A DNA stretch of 64,000 bases from an uncultured virus (IMG/VR IMGVR_UViG_3300033074_002160) (IMGVR_UViG_3300033074_002160); one strand, 5' to 3'; counted from the first letter of the stretch, positions 16,956 to 27,068 are shown. The notes: generated by a model not told the origin, from the sequence alone. Made by a program: numbers and translations.

Positions 16956-19370
16956 GTGGCGCTGAACGTTTCCTTCTTCGCGTCCGTCACCGAGACGCGC
17001 CCCGATCCAAGGTTCGCCTTGTCGTGGGAGCAGCTGCTGGGGCTGCTCGGCCCGCCGCGGGCGTACACGGCGAAGGAGGCCGCGCCTCTGTACTCGCCGG
17101 CCGAGTGGCTCTCGGGGCACACGAGGGGCAAGGCAGGGATCGTCTGCGTCCACTTCGGCGTGCTCGACCTCGACCACTGGACCTCGGACGCCGTGGGCGA
17201 GCTCATCGGCCGCCTGATGAGCCGCGGCCTCGCCTACTTCATCGCCTCGACGTGGTCGCACGGAGAGAAGGGCCCCGAGGACATCTGCGCGCGTCTCCTC
17301 ATGCCCTTCTCGCGCCCGGTGCTCCCGAGCGAGTGGCCGCGCTTCTGGTCGGCGCTCGACGAGGAGATCACGAACGGGCGAGCCGACCCCAAGTGCAAGG
17401 ACATCTCGAGGAGCTACTTCTTCCCGTCGTTCTGCCAGGGAGGTTTCGAGCCCTTCTCGGACAGTGCCTCGGGCGCGCCGGTAGACGTGGACGCGATCCT
17501 CGCGCGTGTGGGTGGGGCGGTGCGCGGTGGGATCGAGGACGACCGACCGCAGGGCACGGCGGACGGTGGGACCGACGTCTCTCGCGATGAACTGAAGGCG
17601 CTCGGTCGCAAGCTCGCTGGGTCGACGAACACGAACAAGGCCTCGGTCGGCAACGCGATCTTGCGCATGTGCAAGGGTGAGGCGTACGCGAAGGAGCCGA
17701 ACACGCCCGGCCCCCTCCCCGAGGGGCGCAACGACACGACGTTCCGCATGGTCGCGACGATCTGCGAGCACTTCCCCTTCGCCGCCCCGGAGAAGTTGGC
17801 AGCGCAGTTCGCGGCGAGCGTCCAGGAGATGCAAGAGCCGTCGCTCGAGCAGATCGAGTCGATGATCACCCGGCAGCAAGCGGGGGCGCGATCTGCGCAC
17901 GCGACGCTGATCCAGGAGGCTCTTGGGCGCAACGAGCCGTACACCGACACCGAGCTGCAGACCTACGCGGACATGCTCGACATCTCGCGAGCTCGCATGA
18001 AGCGGCGGTGGATCGTGCAGCGGGACCGCAGCTACTACATCTTCAAGGCCGGCACCTACGAGTGCTTCGCGGAGTCTGAGGTGTCGAACGCGGCCATGAC
18101 CGCGCTCGCCCCGGCGATCAGCGCGGGCGTAGACACGCAGAAGATCACGCAGCAGGGCGTGAAGCAGAAGACCGCGGAAGATCTCGTGCGTGACTACGGC
18201 ACCATCGCAAAGGCCGTCGAGGTCGACCTCACTGCGCAGTTCGCGCGCTTCGACGAGAGCCGGGCGGTGATGATCGAAGCCCCCACACCTCTCCGTGTGA
18301 AAGCCCGACGCCACGAGGATGTCGCGGCGTTCCTGAAGATCTTCGGCGGGCAGATGCACGGCAGGCTCTTGCAGTGGATCGCCGTGCTCCCAGCACTCTC
18401 AGAGCCGTGCGCCGCGCTCTACCTCGAGGGGCGCGGAGGCAGCGGCAAGAGCATGCTCGCCAACGGCCTCTGTCGCATCTGGTCTCCGAACCTGACGACG
18501 CTCAGCGAGGTGATCGGCGGGCAGTTCAACGAGTCGCTGCAGAGGTGCCCGCTCGTCTTCGGCGACGAGCGCGCTCCGGTGGACCAGCGAGGCCGCGTGC
18601 GTACCGACGACCTGCGTGAGTTCATCCAAGCGCGTGCGAGGCCGTTCGCTCGGAAGTTCAAGCCGAACGCGATCATCACGGGGTGCGTGCGTGTCATCCT
18701 CGCGGCGAACAACCGCAACCTGATCGAAACCTCAGAGCACCTGACCCCCGAAGACATCGACGCGATCGTGTCCCGCATCTTCTACCTGCGCGTGCCCGAC
18801 GAGGCCGTCGCCTACCTCAAGGCTCTGCCCGAGGGCACGACGAATCGCTGGGTCTACGACAATGCGCTGGCAGAGCACGCGCTGCACCTCGCAGAGACGA
18901 TCACCGTGCCGCGCACGAACCGCTTCTTGGTCGCGGGAGAGAGCTCAGACCTCTCGCGAGCCCTCACGGTGACGACAGGCCTTCGAGGCCGCGTGTGCGA
19001 GTGGATCACCAACTTCCTGCTCGACCCCAAGAAGTTGCGTGTGATGCCGAAGCTCGCACCGCTCGTGCGCGTATCGAAGGGGCGACTGCTGGTCAACGTG
19101 AAGGCCGTGACGGACAGTTGGCTCGAGTACGTCCGGCCGACGAAAGATGGAGTGCCTGACCCGATGAGCGTCGCGAAGGCGCTCGGCGGGCTCTCGACAC
19201 CCATCACGTTGCGGCTCGATACAGGCAACGTCGCGTTCCGCAACGTGCATCTGGATCTGATCATGGCTTGGGGTGAGGAGTCAGGGTACGCGACGCGAGA
19301 GAGCATCGAGGTCTCTATGGCGGCGCTCGAGAACGAGTTCGCCGCTGCAGAGCGGAAGGCGATGTCGTGA
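16956..19370 (+). CDS. Primase (AEP/PrimPol-like) - superfamily 3 helicase fusion
   Basis: VLDLD, STWSH, R...P.SRPV, DP.CKD.SR.YF.P; PriCT-like GRNDTTF; Walker A GRGGSGKS, Walker B LVFGDE, motif C ILAANN. Confidence 0.88.
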   Translation: MALNVSFFASVTETRPDPRFALSWEQLLGLLGPPRAYTAKEAAPLYSPAEWLSGHTRGKAGIVCVHFGVLDLDHWTSDAVGELIGRLMSRGLAYFIASTWSHGEKGPEDICARLLMPFSRPVLPSEWPRFWSALDEEITNGRADPKCKDISRSYFFPSFCQGGFEPFSDSASGAPVDVDAILARVGGAVRGGIEDDRPQGTADGGTDVSRDELKALGRKLAGSTNTNKASVGNAILRMCKGEAYAKEPNTPGPLPEGRNDTTFRMVATICEHFPFAAPEKLAAQFAASVQEMQEPSLEQIESMITRQQAGARSAHATLIQEALGRNEPYTDTELQTYADMLDISRARMKRRWIVQRDRSYYIFKAGTYECFAESEVSNAAMTALAPAISAGVDTQKITQQGVKQKTAEDLVRDYGTIAKAVEVDLTAQFARFDESRAVMIEAPTPLRVKARRHEDVAAFLKIFGGQMHGRLLQWIAVLPALSEPCAALYLEGRGGSGKSMLANGLCRIWSPNLTTLSEVIGGQFNESLQRCPLVFGDERAPVDQRGRVRTDDLREFIQARARPFARKFKPNAIITGCVRVILAANNRNLIETSEHLTPEDIDAIVSRIFYLRVPDEAVAYLKALPEGTTNRWVYDNALAEHALHLAETITVPRTNRFLVAGESSDLSRALTVTTGLRGRVCEWITNFLLDPKKLRVMPKLAPLVRVSKGRLLVNVKAVTDSWLEYVRPTKDGVPDPMSVAKALGGLSTPITLRLDTGNVAFRNVHLDLIMAWGEESGYATRESIEVSMAALENEFAAAERKAMS

Positions 19371-19828
19371 ATAGGCAGGAAGCGGTCAACGTCGGAGGGC
19401 GCATGGGCTACAGCAACAAGAGCATCACGAACTGGGTCGAAGAGATCACCGCCTGGGGCAAGAGCAAGGGCTGGGACAAGCCTTCGCTCTGCAAGAAGAA
19501 GGGCCGCGTGGTCCCGGTGACCATCGGGAGCAGCATCGAGAGTCCGCCGACCGGCGTGAAGACCGACGCTGTCCTCGCCAAGGTGATGCTCGTCGTCACC
19601 GAGCTCTCCGAGGCGGTCGAGGAGGCCCGCGAGGGGCGCTTCGCGACGTGGTACGACGACACGAATCCCGAGGGAAAGCCCGAGGGCTTCACGATCGAAC
19701 TGGCCGACGCGGTGATCCGCATCTTCCACATCGCCGGGCTCCTCGGGCTCGACCTCGAGGGCGCCATTCGGACGAAGATGGCCTACAACGAGAGGCGCGC
19801 GTACCGACACGGCGGGAAGAAGGCCTGA
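19367..19828 (+). CDS. MazG-like NTP pyrophosphohydrolase
   Basis: MLVVTELSEAVEE...KPEGF.IELADAVIRI...KMAYNE.R.YRHGGK; start may be ATG 19403. Confidence 0.85.
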   Translation: MNRQEAVNVGGRMGYSNKSITNWVEEITAWGKSKGWDKPSLCKKKGRVVPVTIGSSIESPPTGVKTDAVLAKVMLVVTELSEAVEEAREGRFATWYDDTNPEGKPEGFTIELADAVIRIFHIAGLLGLDLEGAIRTKMAYNERRAYRHGGKKA

Positions 19829-20490
19829 TGAACGACGCACGTCGCAAGGAGATCGACGCGATGATCGAGCTCGGCGTGGGGGAGCCGTGGCGCGCAGCCG
19901 CGGTAGACCTGCGCGAGGCTCTGCGCGAGGCCGAGGCGTCCGTCGCCGATATGTGCCGAGGGCGCGAGCACCTGACGCAGCAGCTCGGTGTGCTGCGGGT
20001 CCGTGCAGAGCGCGCCGAGGCCGGGCTCTGCAAGATCCAGGCGCAGCTCGACGGCATCCGCACGGCTTGCGGCGACTACGCGGACGCGCGGATCGCTGTC
20101 GCCGACACCCTGCGGTACCGCAAGGAGGCCGAGGCGCAGCTCGCGGCGCTGCGGGAGGCGACGCTGCACGTCCGCTACGGCATCGATCCCGACGAGAGCG
20201 GCGGCGGCTGGCGCGACCTGTGCGCGACGCTCGACGCCGCCCTCACCGACACCGCGCAGGCCGCCGAGGCGTACACGCGCCGTGTGCGGGCCGAGGCGCT
20301 GCGGGAGGCTGCGGAGGCGTGCGATCGGGAGGCGGCCGACTGCTCGACGGCGACGGGCAGCTACATCGCAAGCCGGTGCGGCACGCTGCTCCGCACCCGC
20401 GCCGACGAGATCGAGCGCGGACCGCAAGAGCCGGAGTCCCCAGTCTACGACCCCGGCCCGCGCGTCTTCCTCTCGGAGAAGGGCCGATGA
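19828..20490 (+). CDS. Hypothetical coiled-coil protein, paralogous to 63174-63812
   Basis: TGATG coupling; QLAALR...DTA..AEAY.RRVRAE...EAA shared block. Confidence 0.7.
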   Translation: MNDARRKEIDAMIELGVGEPWRAAAVDLREALREAEASVADMCRGREHLTQQLGVLRVRAERAEAGLCKIQAQLDGIRTACGDYADARIAVADTLRYRKEAEAQLAALREATLHVRYGIDPDESGGGWRDLCATLDAALTDTAQAAEAYTRRVRAEALREAAEACDREAADCSTATGSYIASRCGTLLRTRADEIERGPQEPESPVYDPGPRVFLSEKGR

Positions 20491-21176
20491 AGATCACGTT
20501 CATCAGCGACACGCACAACAAGCACCGGAAGTTGACGGAGCACATCGCGGCGCAGCGCCCCGACGTGCTCTGCCACACGGGCGACTTCACGAGTGACGGG
20601 ACCTTCGCGGAGATCGACGCCTTCGCCAACTGGTGCGCGATGCTCCTCGCCAAGGGCTACGCGAGGCACATCGTCGTCGTCGCGGGCAACCACGAGATCG
20701 ACCTCGACGAGACGCATCCGCGCACGACAGGAACACAGAGGACGAAGATCGCGCGCGAGCGCCTTCTCGCCGCGGGGGTGACCTACCTTCAGGACACTGG
20801 CACCGTCATCGAAGGCGTCGACTTCTTCGGCGTGCCGTGGACGCCGAAGTTCTACGACTGGGCATTTCAGATCCGAAGCGACGACCAGGACGAGCAGGTC
20901 TTCCACCTCGGCATCGAGCCCGACGTGCTCCTGACGCACGGCCCCCCGACGGCCTACCACGACCTCACCTCCGCCGGGAACATCGGCTCCGACGCCCTGC
21001 ATCGCCTCGTGATGGCGAAACGACCCCGGATCCACGCGTTCGGACACCTGCACAGGCACTACGGCATGACGCTCTTGGAACCCGACGACGAGGGCTCGGT
21101 GCTCCTCGTGAACGCGGCGATCTGCGATGACGAGAACCGAGCGACGAGGCTTCCGATCACGGTGACGCTCACATGA
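20487..21176 (+). CDS. Calcineurin-like metallophosphoesterase
   Basis: ISDTH, HTGDF, AGNHE, LLTHGPP, FGHLH motifs. Confidence 0.93.
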   Translation: MKITFISDTHNKHRKLTEHIAAQRPDVLCHTGDFTSDGTFAEIDAFANWCAMLLAKGYARHIVVVAGNHEIDLDETHPRTTGTQRTKIARERLLAAGVTYLQDTGTVIEGVDFFGVPWTPKFYDWAFQIRSDDQDEQVFHLGIEPDVLLTHGPPTAYHDLTSAGNIGSDALHRLVMAKRPRIHAFGHLHRHYGMTLLEPDDEGSVLLVNAAICDDENRATRLPITVTLT

Positions 21177-23032
21177 CCCCGCGCTACGACTACGTCTCGC
21201 CGAGCCAGCTCGACACCTACTACTCGTGCAAGCGCAAGTGGGGGTTCCGCTACCTCGACGGCATCAAGGAGCCTCCGCATCGGAGCGCGCAGGTCGGCTC
21301 GCGGGTCCACGAGATCCTCGAAGCCTGGTTGCAGTTCGCGACCCCGCCCAACTGGGAGGAGAAGCTCGAGATCGACGGCAAGATCTACTACCCAGGCCGC
21401 ATCGCGACCGAGGGCATCCCGCTCCTACCCCCGCCGGGCCCCTGGCTGCACATCGAGCGCGAGTTCCGCAACCGACACTGGCTCGGTCGCGTCGATCTAG
21501 CGTACCTGACCACGCCGATACACCCGGTCGTCATGGACCACAAGACCACGAGCGACTTCAAGTGGATGAAGACGCCCGACGACCTGCGCACAGACCCGCA
21601 GGCGATCGTCTACGCCGCGAACGCCTTCCACGAGCTCCCCGCCGCTCGCGAAGCCGACATGATCTGGACCTACATGCGGACCTCGGCTCCGTACAAGGCC
21701 AAGCGCGTCCATCTGCGCCTGACGCGTGAATACGTCGCCGACGTGATTCGTCCGATGGAGGACACAGCTGTCGAGATGCTCGCCTTGCGTGCAGCGAACG
21801 CAACTGCGATGCAGCTCGAGCCCAACCCTTCCGCCTGCCAGATGTACGGCGGATGCCCCCACCTGGGGCGATGCAACCTGACGTCAGCCGACATGATGAG
21901 GAGCGTGATGAGCCAGAACAGTGCCTTGCTCGCGAAGATCGCCGCCGGGAAGGTGGGTGCCTCGGTACCCGCCGCCCTGCCCCCGCCCATGATGACCGGA
22001 GCACCGCTGGTGCCTCCGCCCCCCGTCGCGGCCCCGCCCGCGCCTCCAGCGCCCCCCGCACCCCCCGTGGTGCAGAGCACGACCGTGCTGCCGCACGGCT
22101 CGCTGGTCCACGTCATGGCGCCCGCCGCGCCGCCCGCACCCCCCGCGCCGCCGACCCCGCCCGCCCCCCCGCCCCCGCCCGCACCGCCCCCGCCCCCGCC
22201 CCCGCCGCCGCAGGCCGAGCTCTGGTGGCCGAACCCGCACAGGCCCGGGTGGGAGTACAACGCGGCCGGTGCGGAGCGCCCTGTCGTCGCCGTCGCGACG
22301 ATGCCCGCGCTCAACCCGCCCGAGGCCCCCGCGGCCGAGAAGGCGCAGCCGTCGCCCGAGGTCGAGCCTGAGAAGGCTGCGGACGAGAGCAAGGTCGGCG
22401 ATCAGTACGACGCGATGTCGGCCGACCAGCTCAAGGCCATCGCGAAGCAGTACGGCTTCGACGTGAAGGGCCTGCGCGAGAAGAACCTCCGCATCAGGGT
22501 GCGCGCGTACTTCGCCGGAGCGCCGCCCGGGAGCGCCCCGGTCGCGCCGACGCCCGCGGCACCCGCGGCGCCCATGGCACTGCCGGTCACACAGGCACAG
22601 ATCGACGCCGCTGCGGCTGTCATCGCCGATGCCTCGCAGGCGCGGGCACAGGCGGACGACCTCGTGGACAAGATCGTGGCTGCGGCCGAGAGCGGCAACC
22701 TCTCCCTCGACGGGGAACCCGCGCGGCGCGGTCGCCCGCGCTTCACCCTGCTCATCGACACCTCGCCGACCAAGACGCAGGGCGTGGTGATGACCCTGAC
22801 CGAGGCCTTCGGCGCGTCGTTCGCGGCCATCGCGAACGAGCACGGCGTGACCGACTGGCGGCTCGTGCCGCACGGGCACGGCGCGGCGCTCGTGTACCAG
22901 GCGATCCGCGCTCAGGTCCGGCAGGACCCGTCGCTCGACCGCACGGTGCTCCTGCTCCGCACGAGCACCCCCGAGGGCTCGCTCCTCTACGATCTCCTCG
23001 TCGAGAGTGCGCTCGAGGTGTACGGCGCATGA
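21173..23032 (+). CDS. PD-(D/E)XK (RecB/Cas4-like) exonuclease with long Pro-rich C-terminal extension
   Basis: SPSQL...C.RKW, G..VHE.LE, GRVD, DHKT, Q...YA, terminal C...GCP...C Fe-S-type cysteines. Confidence 0.85.
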   Translation: MTPRYDYVSPSQLDTYYSCKRKWGFRYLDGIKEPPHRSAQVGSRVHEILEAWLQFATPPNWEEKLEIDGKIYYPGRIATEGIPLLPPPGPWLHIEREFRNRHWLGRVDLAYLTTPIHPVVMDHKTTSDFKWMKTPDDLRTDPQAIVYAANAFHELPAAREADMIWTYMRTSAPYKAKRVHLRLTREYVADVIRPMEDTAVEMLALRAANATAMQLEPNPSACQMYGGCPHLGRCNLTSADMMRSVMSQNSALLAKIAAGKVGASVPAALPPPMMTGAPLVPPPPVAAPPAPPAPPAPPVVQSTTVLPHGSLVHVMAPAAPPAPPAPPTPPAPPPPPAPPPPPPPPPQAELWWPNPHRPGWEYNAAGAERPVVAVATMPALNPPEAPAAEKAQPSPEVEPEKAADESKVGDQYDAMSADQLKAIAKQYGFDVKGLREKNLRIRVRAYFAGAPPGSAPVAPTPAAPAAPMALPVTQAQIDAAAAVIADASQARAQADDLVDKIVAAAESGNLSLDGEPARRGRPRFTLLIDTSPTKTQGVVMTLTEAFGASFAAIANEHGVTDWRLVPHGHGAALVYQAIRAQVRQDPSLDRTVLLLRTSTPEGSLLYDLLVESALEVYGA

Positions 23033-26000
23033 GCGGCGTGCTCTCGCAGATGCTTCGAGACGCGGGGATGACGCCCGAGGACTACTCGCGCGCTCGCGCC
23101 GAGGGGCCCAAGGGCTTCGCCAAGGACTCGGTGGAAAACACCGCCGAGCTCAGGCGCATCCTCGCGCTCCCGAGGCGTTCGTGGGAGACCGAGGCGCCCA
23201 ACTACGTCGACATCCTCACCAACACGTTCAGGGCACCGGGCGGCGTTCACAAGCTCCGCCCGGTGCAGGCCGCGTCCCTCGTCGAGATGCACGACTACGG
23301 CGGTTTGCTTGGACTTATCAGGGTTGGAGGAGGAAAGTGTGTCACGTCTGATACCGAGGTGTTCTGCACCACCACCGGACGCCGACGGCAAGTCGGGGAG
23401 ACGGGTGCGCTCGGTGTCACCGCGATGCAGCAGGGCACGGGTCGGTTCAGCAACGCCCGCGCGGTGTCGTTCGCGAGCGGGAGCAAAGAGTGCTTCCGGC
23501 TCGAGCTCGCGAACGGCATGACCCTCAACGCGTCGTTCGACCACCCGGTGTTCACGGCGCGCGGGTGGGTCTGGATGCGCGACCTGCAGGTCGGCGATCT
23601 CGTCGCAGCGGCGCGGCACATCCCAGGCCCCGAGACGCACCTTCAGGTGTCCGACGAGACCGTGAAGTTGGCTGCGTATCTGATCGCCGACGGCGGGGTC
23701 TCTGAGACCACGACGAACTTCTGTGACAACTCGCCCAAGGTGCTTTCGGAGGTGCGAACACTCGCCGATCTTCTGTGCGGTGGCACGGGCTACGAGAGGC
23801 CACGAGACAACGGCGTCGAGGAGTTCAACATCCTCGGCTCACAAGTGTTCCGCGACCGCTGGGACATCCACGGGCTCTCGAAGCACAAGCGCGTGCCGGC
23901 CGGGTTCTGGGGCCTGCCCGAGAAGCAGATCGCGCTGTTCCTCAACCGCTTCTGGGCCTGCGACGGGTACCACAACAAGGGCAAGGGCTTCGAGACGATC
24001 CTCGCCTCGGAGAAGCTGATCGACGACCTGCAGTTCCTCCTGCTTCGACTGGGCATCAAGGGTCGGAAGCGGTTCAAGGTCGCGAAGATCAAAGGCAAGC
24101 AGTACGACGCGTGGCGGCTCTCGATCACCGGCGAGGACGCACTCGCGTTCTACGAGCAGGTCGGGCCCATCTATGGTGTCGAGGAGCGGTCGCGAGAGCT
24201 CTACGAAGCGCTCAAGGCGAAGCAGAGGAACACCAACACCGACGTCGTGCCGATCGGCCCCGCGCAGATGGAGACCATCGGCAGCGAGATGGGGTGGCAG
24301 GGCAAGAACGCGGTCGGCGGGAGGCGGGACGGTTCTTCGCGACGCACCGAGTTCCGCGAGTACACCGGCATGACCTCTGGGCAGTTGATCTCGCGAGAGC
24401 GCTTCGCCGCCGCGTGCGAGCACTTCGGCTACAAGGGGTCGCTGGCATGGCTCGCGACCAGCGACATCGCGTGGGAGCGCGTGAAGAGCCTCACACCGCG
24501 CGGCGTGCAGCCTGTCTACGACGTCTCGGTCCCTGCGTACGGCAACTTCATCGCGAACGGGATCGTGATCCACAACACCGTGATCTCGATGCTCGGCTTC
24601 ATCGTCCTCGAGGCCCAGCGCCCGCTGCTCCTCGTGCCCGCGAAGCTCGTCGACAAGACGAGGCGCGAGATGCACCTGATGCGCAAGCAGTGGCTGATCC
24701 CGCCGTACGTCCGCATCCTCTCGTACGAGCTGCTCGGCCGTGAGCAGGCCGCAGGGGTCCTCGCCGAGATCAACCCCGACGTCATCATCGCCGACGAGGC
24801 GCACAAGCTCAGGAACACGAAGGCGGCCGTGACGCGCCGCGTGAAGCGCTGGATGGAGGCCCACCCAACGACGAAGTTCGTCGGCATGAGCGGCACGTTC
24901 ATGAAGCGCTCGCTCCACGACTACTACCACCTCGCCGCGTGGGCGCTGAAGGTCACGAACCCGACGCCGACGCACTTCGACGACCGCACGACCTGGGCGA
25001 TGGTGATCGACGAGAAGAAGCAGAAGGAGACCGAGGAGATCTCCGCACGCGTTCGCCCCGGGGCTCTCATCGAGTTCTGCAACGAGGAGGAGCGCGAGCT
25101 CTACAAGACCGAGCCGATCCGCGCCGTGCGCAAGGGCTACCGTCGCAGGCTCACCGACACCCCTGGCGTCGTCGCAACGCAAGAGGGCGCGCTCTCGATG
25201 TCGCTGGTCATCGACTCGAAGATCATCGAGATGCCCGAGACGAAGGCGGACATCCGCGGGCTCAAGCACGAATGGGTCAGGCCCGACGGCGAGCCGGTGT
25301 TCGACGCGATCGAGATCTGGCGCCACCTGCGCGAGATGGCGACCGGCTTCTTCTACCGCTGGAACCCGATGCCGCCGAAGGAATGGCTCCTCGCGCGACG
25401 CGTGTGGGCGAAGGCCGTGCGCGAGGTGCTCCGCAACAACCGCATGGGCCTCGACAGCGAAGGCCAGGTGAAGAAGGCAGTGCTCGAGGAGCGCGCGATG
25501 TTCGAGGCAGGGCAGATCCCACCGAGCAAGCGACGCTTCGCCGAGGAGGACGTTCACCTCCGAGAGTGGCAGAAGATCGAAGCGACCTTCACACCGAACC
25601 TCGAGGCCGTGTGGCGCTCCAAGCGCGTCGTCGACTTCGCGTGCAAGTGGATGACCGAGGAGAAGGGCATCGTCTGGGTCGAGCACACCGAGTTCGGCCG
25701 CGTGCTCTCACAGACGTCGGGGATCCCGTACTACCAGCGTGGCGGCGTCAACGCAGCGGGGCGCCCCATCGAGGAGCACCCGGTCGGCACACCGCTGATC
25801 GCGAGCATCGCGAGCAACGCCGAGGGACGCAACCTGCAGGCGTGGAGCACGAACCTCGTGATCTCTCCACCGACCTCAGGGGCCATCTGGGAGCAGCTGC
25901 TCGGGCGCACGCACCGCGACGGGCAGGAAGCGGACGAAGTGGCTTGCACGCTCGCGATCACCATCGCAGAACAGGCCGCCGCGTTCGAGCGCGCACGAGG

Positions 26001-26100
26001 GGATGCGAGGGTCATCTCCGACACGACAGGGCAAGAGCAGAAGCTCTGCTACGCAGATCTGGATGTTGTTGCGTCGGCCGATGCGCCGACGGGCATGTAG
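23029..26100 (+). CDS. SF2 (SNF2-like) helicase precursor containing an intein
   Basis: LRPVQ, GGGK|T Walker A interrupted by intein, IIADEAH, MSGT, EGRNLQ, EQLLGRTHR. Confidence 0.9.
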   Translation: MSGVLSQMLRDAGMTPEDYSRARAEGPKGFAKDSVENTAELRRILALPRRSWETEAPNYVDILTNTFRAPGGVHKLRPVQAASLVEMHDYGGLLGLIRVGGGKCVTSDTEVFCTTTGRRRQVGETGALGVTAMQQGTGRFSNARAVSFASGSKECFRLELANGMTLNASFDHPVFTARGWVWMRDLQVGDLVAAARHIPGPETHLQVSDETVKLAAYLIADGGVSETTTNFCDNSPKVLSEVRTLADLLCGGTGYERPRDNGVEEFNILGSQVFRDRWDIHGLSKHKRVPAGFWGLPEKQIALFLNRFWACDGYHNKGKGFETILASEKLIDDLQFLLLRLGIKGRKRFKVAKIKGKQYDAWRLSITGEDALAFYEQVGPIYGVEERSRELYEALKAKQRNTNTDVVPIGPAQMETIGSEMGWQGKNAVGGRRDGSSRRTEFREYTGMTSGQLISRERFAAACEHFGYKGSLAWLATSDIAWERVKSLTPRGVQPVYDVSVPAYGNFIANGIVIHNTVISMLGFIVLEAQRPLLLVPAKLVDKTRREMHLMRKQWLIPPYVRILSYELLGREQAAGVLAEINPDVIIADEAHKLRNTKAAVTRRVKRWMEAHPTTKFVGMSGTFMKRSLHDYYHLAAWALKVTNPTPTHFDDRTTWAMVIDEKKQKETEEISARVRPGALIEFCNEEERELYKTEPIRAVRKGYRRRLTDTPGVVATQEGALSMSLVIDSKIIEMPETKADIRGLKHEWVRPDGEPVFDAIEIWRHLREMATGFFYRWNPMPPKEWLLARRVWAKAVREVLRNNRMGLDSEGQVKKAVLEERAMFEAGQIPPSKRRFAEEDVHLREWQKIEATFTPNLEAVWRSKRVVDFACKWMTEEKGIVWVEHTEFGRVLSQTSGIPYYQRGGVNAAGRPIEEHPVGTPLIASIASNAEGRNLQAWSTNLVISPPTSGAIWEQLLGRTHRDGQEADEVACTLAITIAEQAAAFERARGDARVISDTTGQEQKLCYADLDVVASADAPTGM
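23338..24576 (+). mobile_element. Intein with LAGLIDADG homing endonuclease (413 aa) in helicase Walker A
   Basis: Starts CVTSDT, block B SFDHPVFT, AYLIADG and RFWACDG motifs, VYDVSV, ends IVIHN before Thr. Confidence 0.95.
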
Positions 26101-26148
26101 GACGTTCCGCATCACGCGGAGCTCGCACGAGAAGGAAGAGGCAAGCAC

Positions 26149-27024
26149 ATGGGTGTGTTCGATACGATCGGAAATGCTGCAGTCGGACAGGGAGGCAACT
26201 ACCTCAAGAGCGGCCACCAGTACCTCGTCGAGGTGCTGCGAGCCCTGATGAAGCGCGGAAGGCAGGGTGAGCAGTTCTTCATCGTCGAGCTGCTGATCCA
26301 CGAGTCCGACGACTCCACGAACCCCCCGGGGTTCCGCGCGTCGTGGACCGTCAACATGAAGCACGATGCGTCGCTCGGGAACATCAAGTGGTTCCTCGGC
26401 GCGTGCTACGGCATCCCGGTCGCGGACAAGCAGAGGCTCGACACGGAGATCACGAGCCAGGTCGCCGAGTTCGCCGTCTCCGAGCAGAACCCGCTCGCGG
26501 GGCGCCTGCTCGAGGTCGCCGTCCACGAGGTCCCGACGAGGGCCGGCGGCAAGTTCTCCAAGCACGACTGGGCGTCGACGACGCGCCAGCCCAACCCCGC
26601 GGCTCGTGCCGCCGCCTCGGCGCGCGAAGCTGCCGTCTCCTCCACCCCCGTGTCGGTGCCGCAGGGCTTCGCGCCGCAGAAGGCGTGGCCCCCGGCGGCC
26701 CAGCCCGCCTACGCGCCGCCCCCGGCGCAGGCCTACGCGCCGCCCCCGGCGCAGCCCGCCTACGCGCCGCCCCCGGCGCAGCCCGCCTACGCGCCGCCGC
26801 CGACGTACGCCACCGCAGCCCCGCCCGTGCAGGCCTACGCGCCGCCCCCGGCGCAGCCCGCCTACGCTCCGCCGCCCGTCGCGGCGCCGCCCCCGCCGCT
26901 CCCGGCTGTGTTCCCGCCCGTCGGCTGGACGGCACATCCGAACTCGCCCGGATGGTTCTACCGCGGGCAGGAGGTCGTCGCCGAGGCGCAGCTCCGCTCG
27001 ATGGCGGCGAACGGACAGGCCTGA
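26149..27024 (+). CDS. Putative ssDNA-binding/replication protein with (Q)PAYAPPPA tandem repeats
   Basis: Position between helicase and polymerase; OB-like beta N-domain; repeats at 26698-26880. Confidence 0.55.
   Translation: MGVFDTIGNAAVGQGGNYLKSGHQYLVEVLRALMKRGRQGEQFFIVELLIHESDDSTNPPGFRASWTVNMKHDASLGNIKWFLGACYGIPVADKQRLDTEITSQVAEFAVSEQNPLAGRLLEVAVHEVPTRAGGKFSKHDWASTTRQPNPAARAAASAREAAVSSTPVSVPQGFAPQKAWPPAAQPAYAPPPAQAYAPPPAQPAYAPPPAQPAYAPPPTYATAAPPVQAYAPPPAQPAYAPPPVAAPPPPLPAVFPPVGWTAHPNSPGWFYRGQEVVAEAQLRSMAANGQA
26698..26880 (+). repeat. In-frame 24/27-bp tandem repeats encoding AQ(P)AYAPPP (about 6 copies)
   Basis: GCGCAGCCCGCCTACGCGCCGCCCCCG units. Confidence 0.9.
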
Positions 27025-27030
27025 TCCGAG

Positions 27031-27068
27031 GCCCCCGGAGCGGCGACGTTCCGGGGGTCGTCTCTTTG
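27031..27068 (+). terminator. Hairpin / weak terminator between SSB-like gene and polymerase
   Basis: GCCCCCGGAGCG-GCGA-CGTTCCGGGGGT then TCTCTTT. Confidence 0.6.

Noticed and set aside
16045..16965. ORFs called within the origin region (e.g. 16190-16555, 16446-16724, 16602-16862)
   Set aside because: Atypical codon usage, no RBS, overlap repeats and the AT-rich core; treated as non-coding
21173..21900. Cas4 as evidence of CRISPR adaptation
   Set aside because: Stand-alone phage PD-(D/E)XK nuclease in a replication operon; no cas1/cas2 or array
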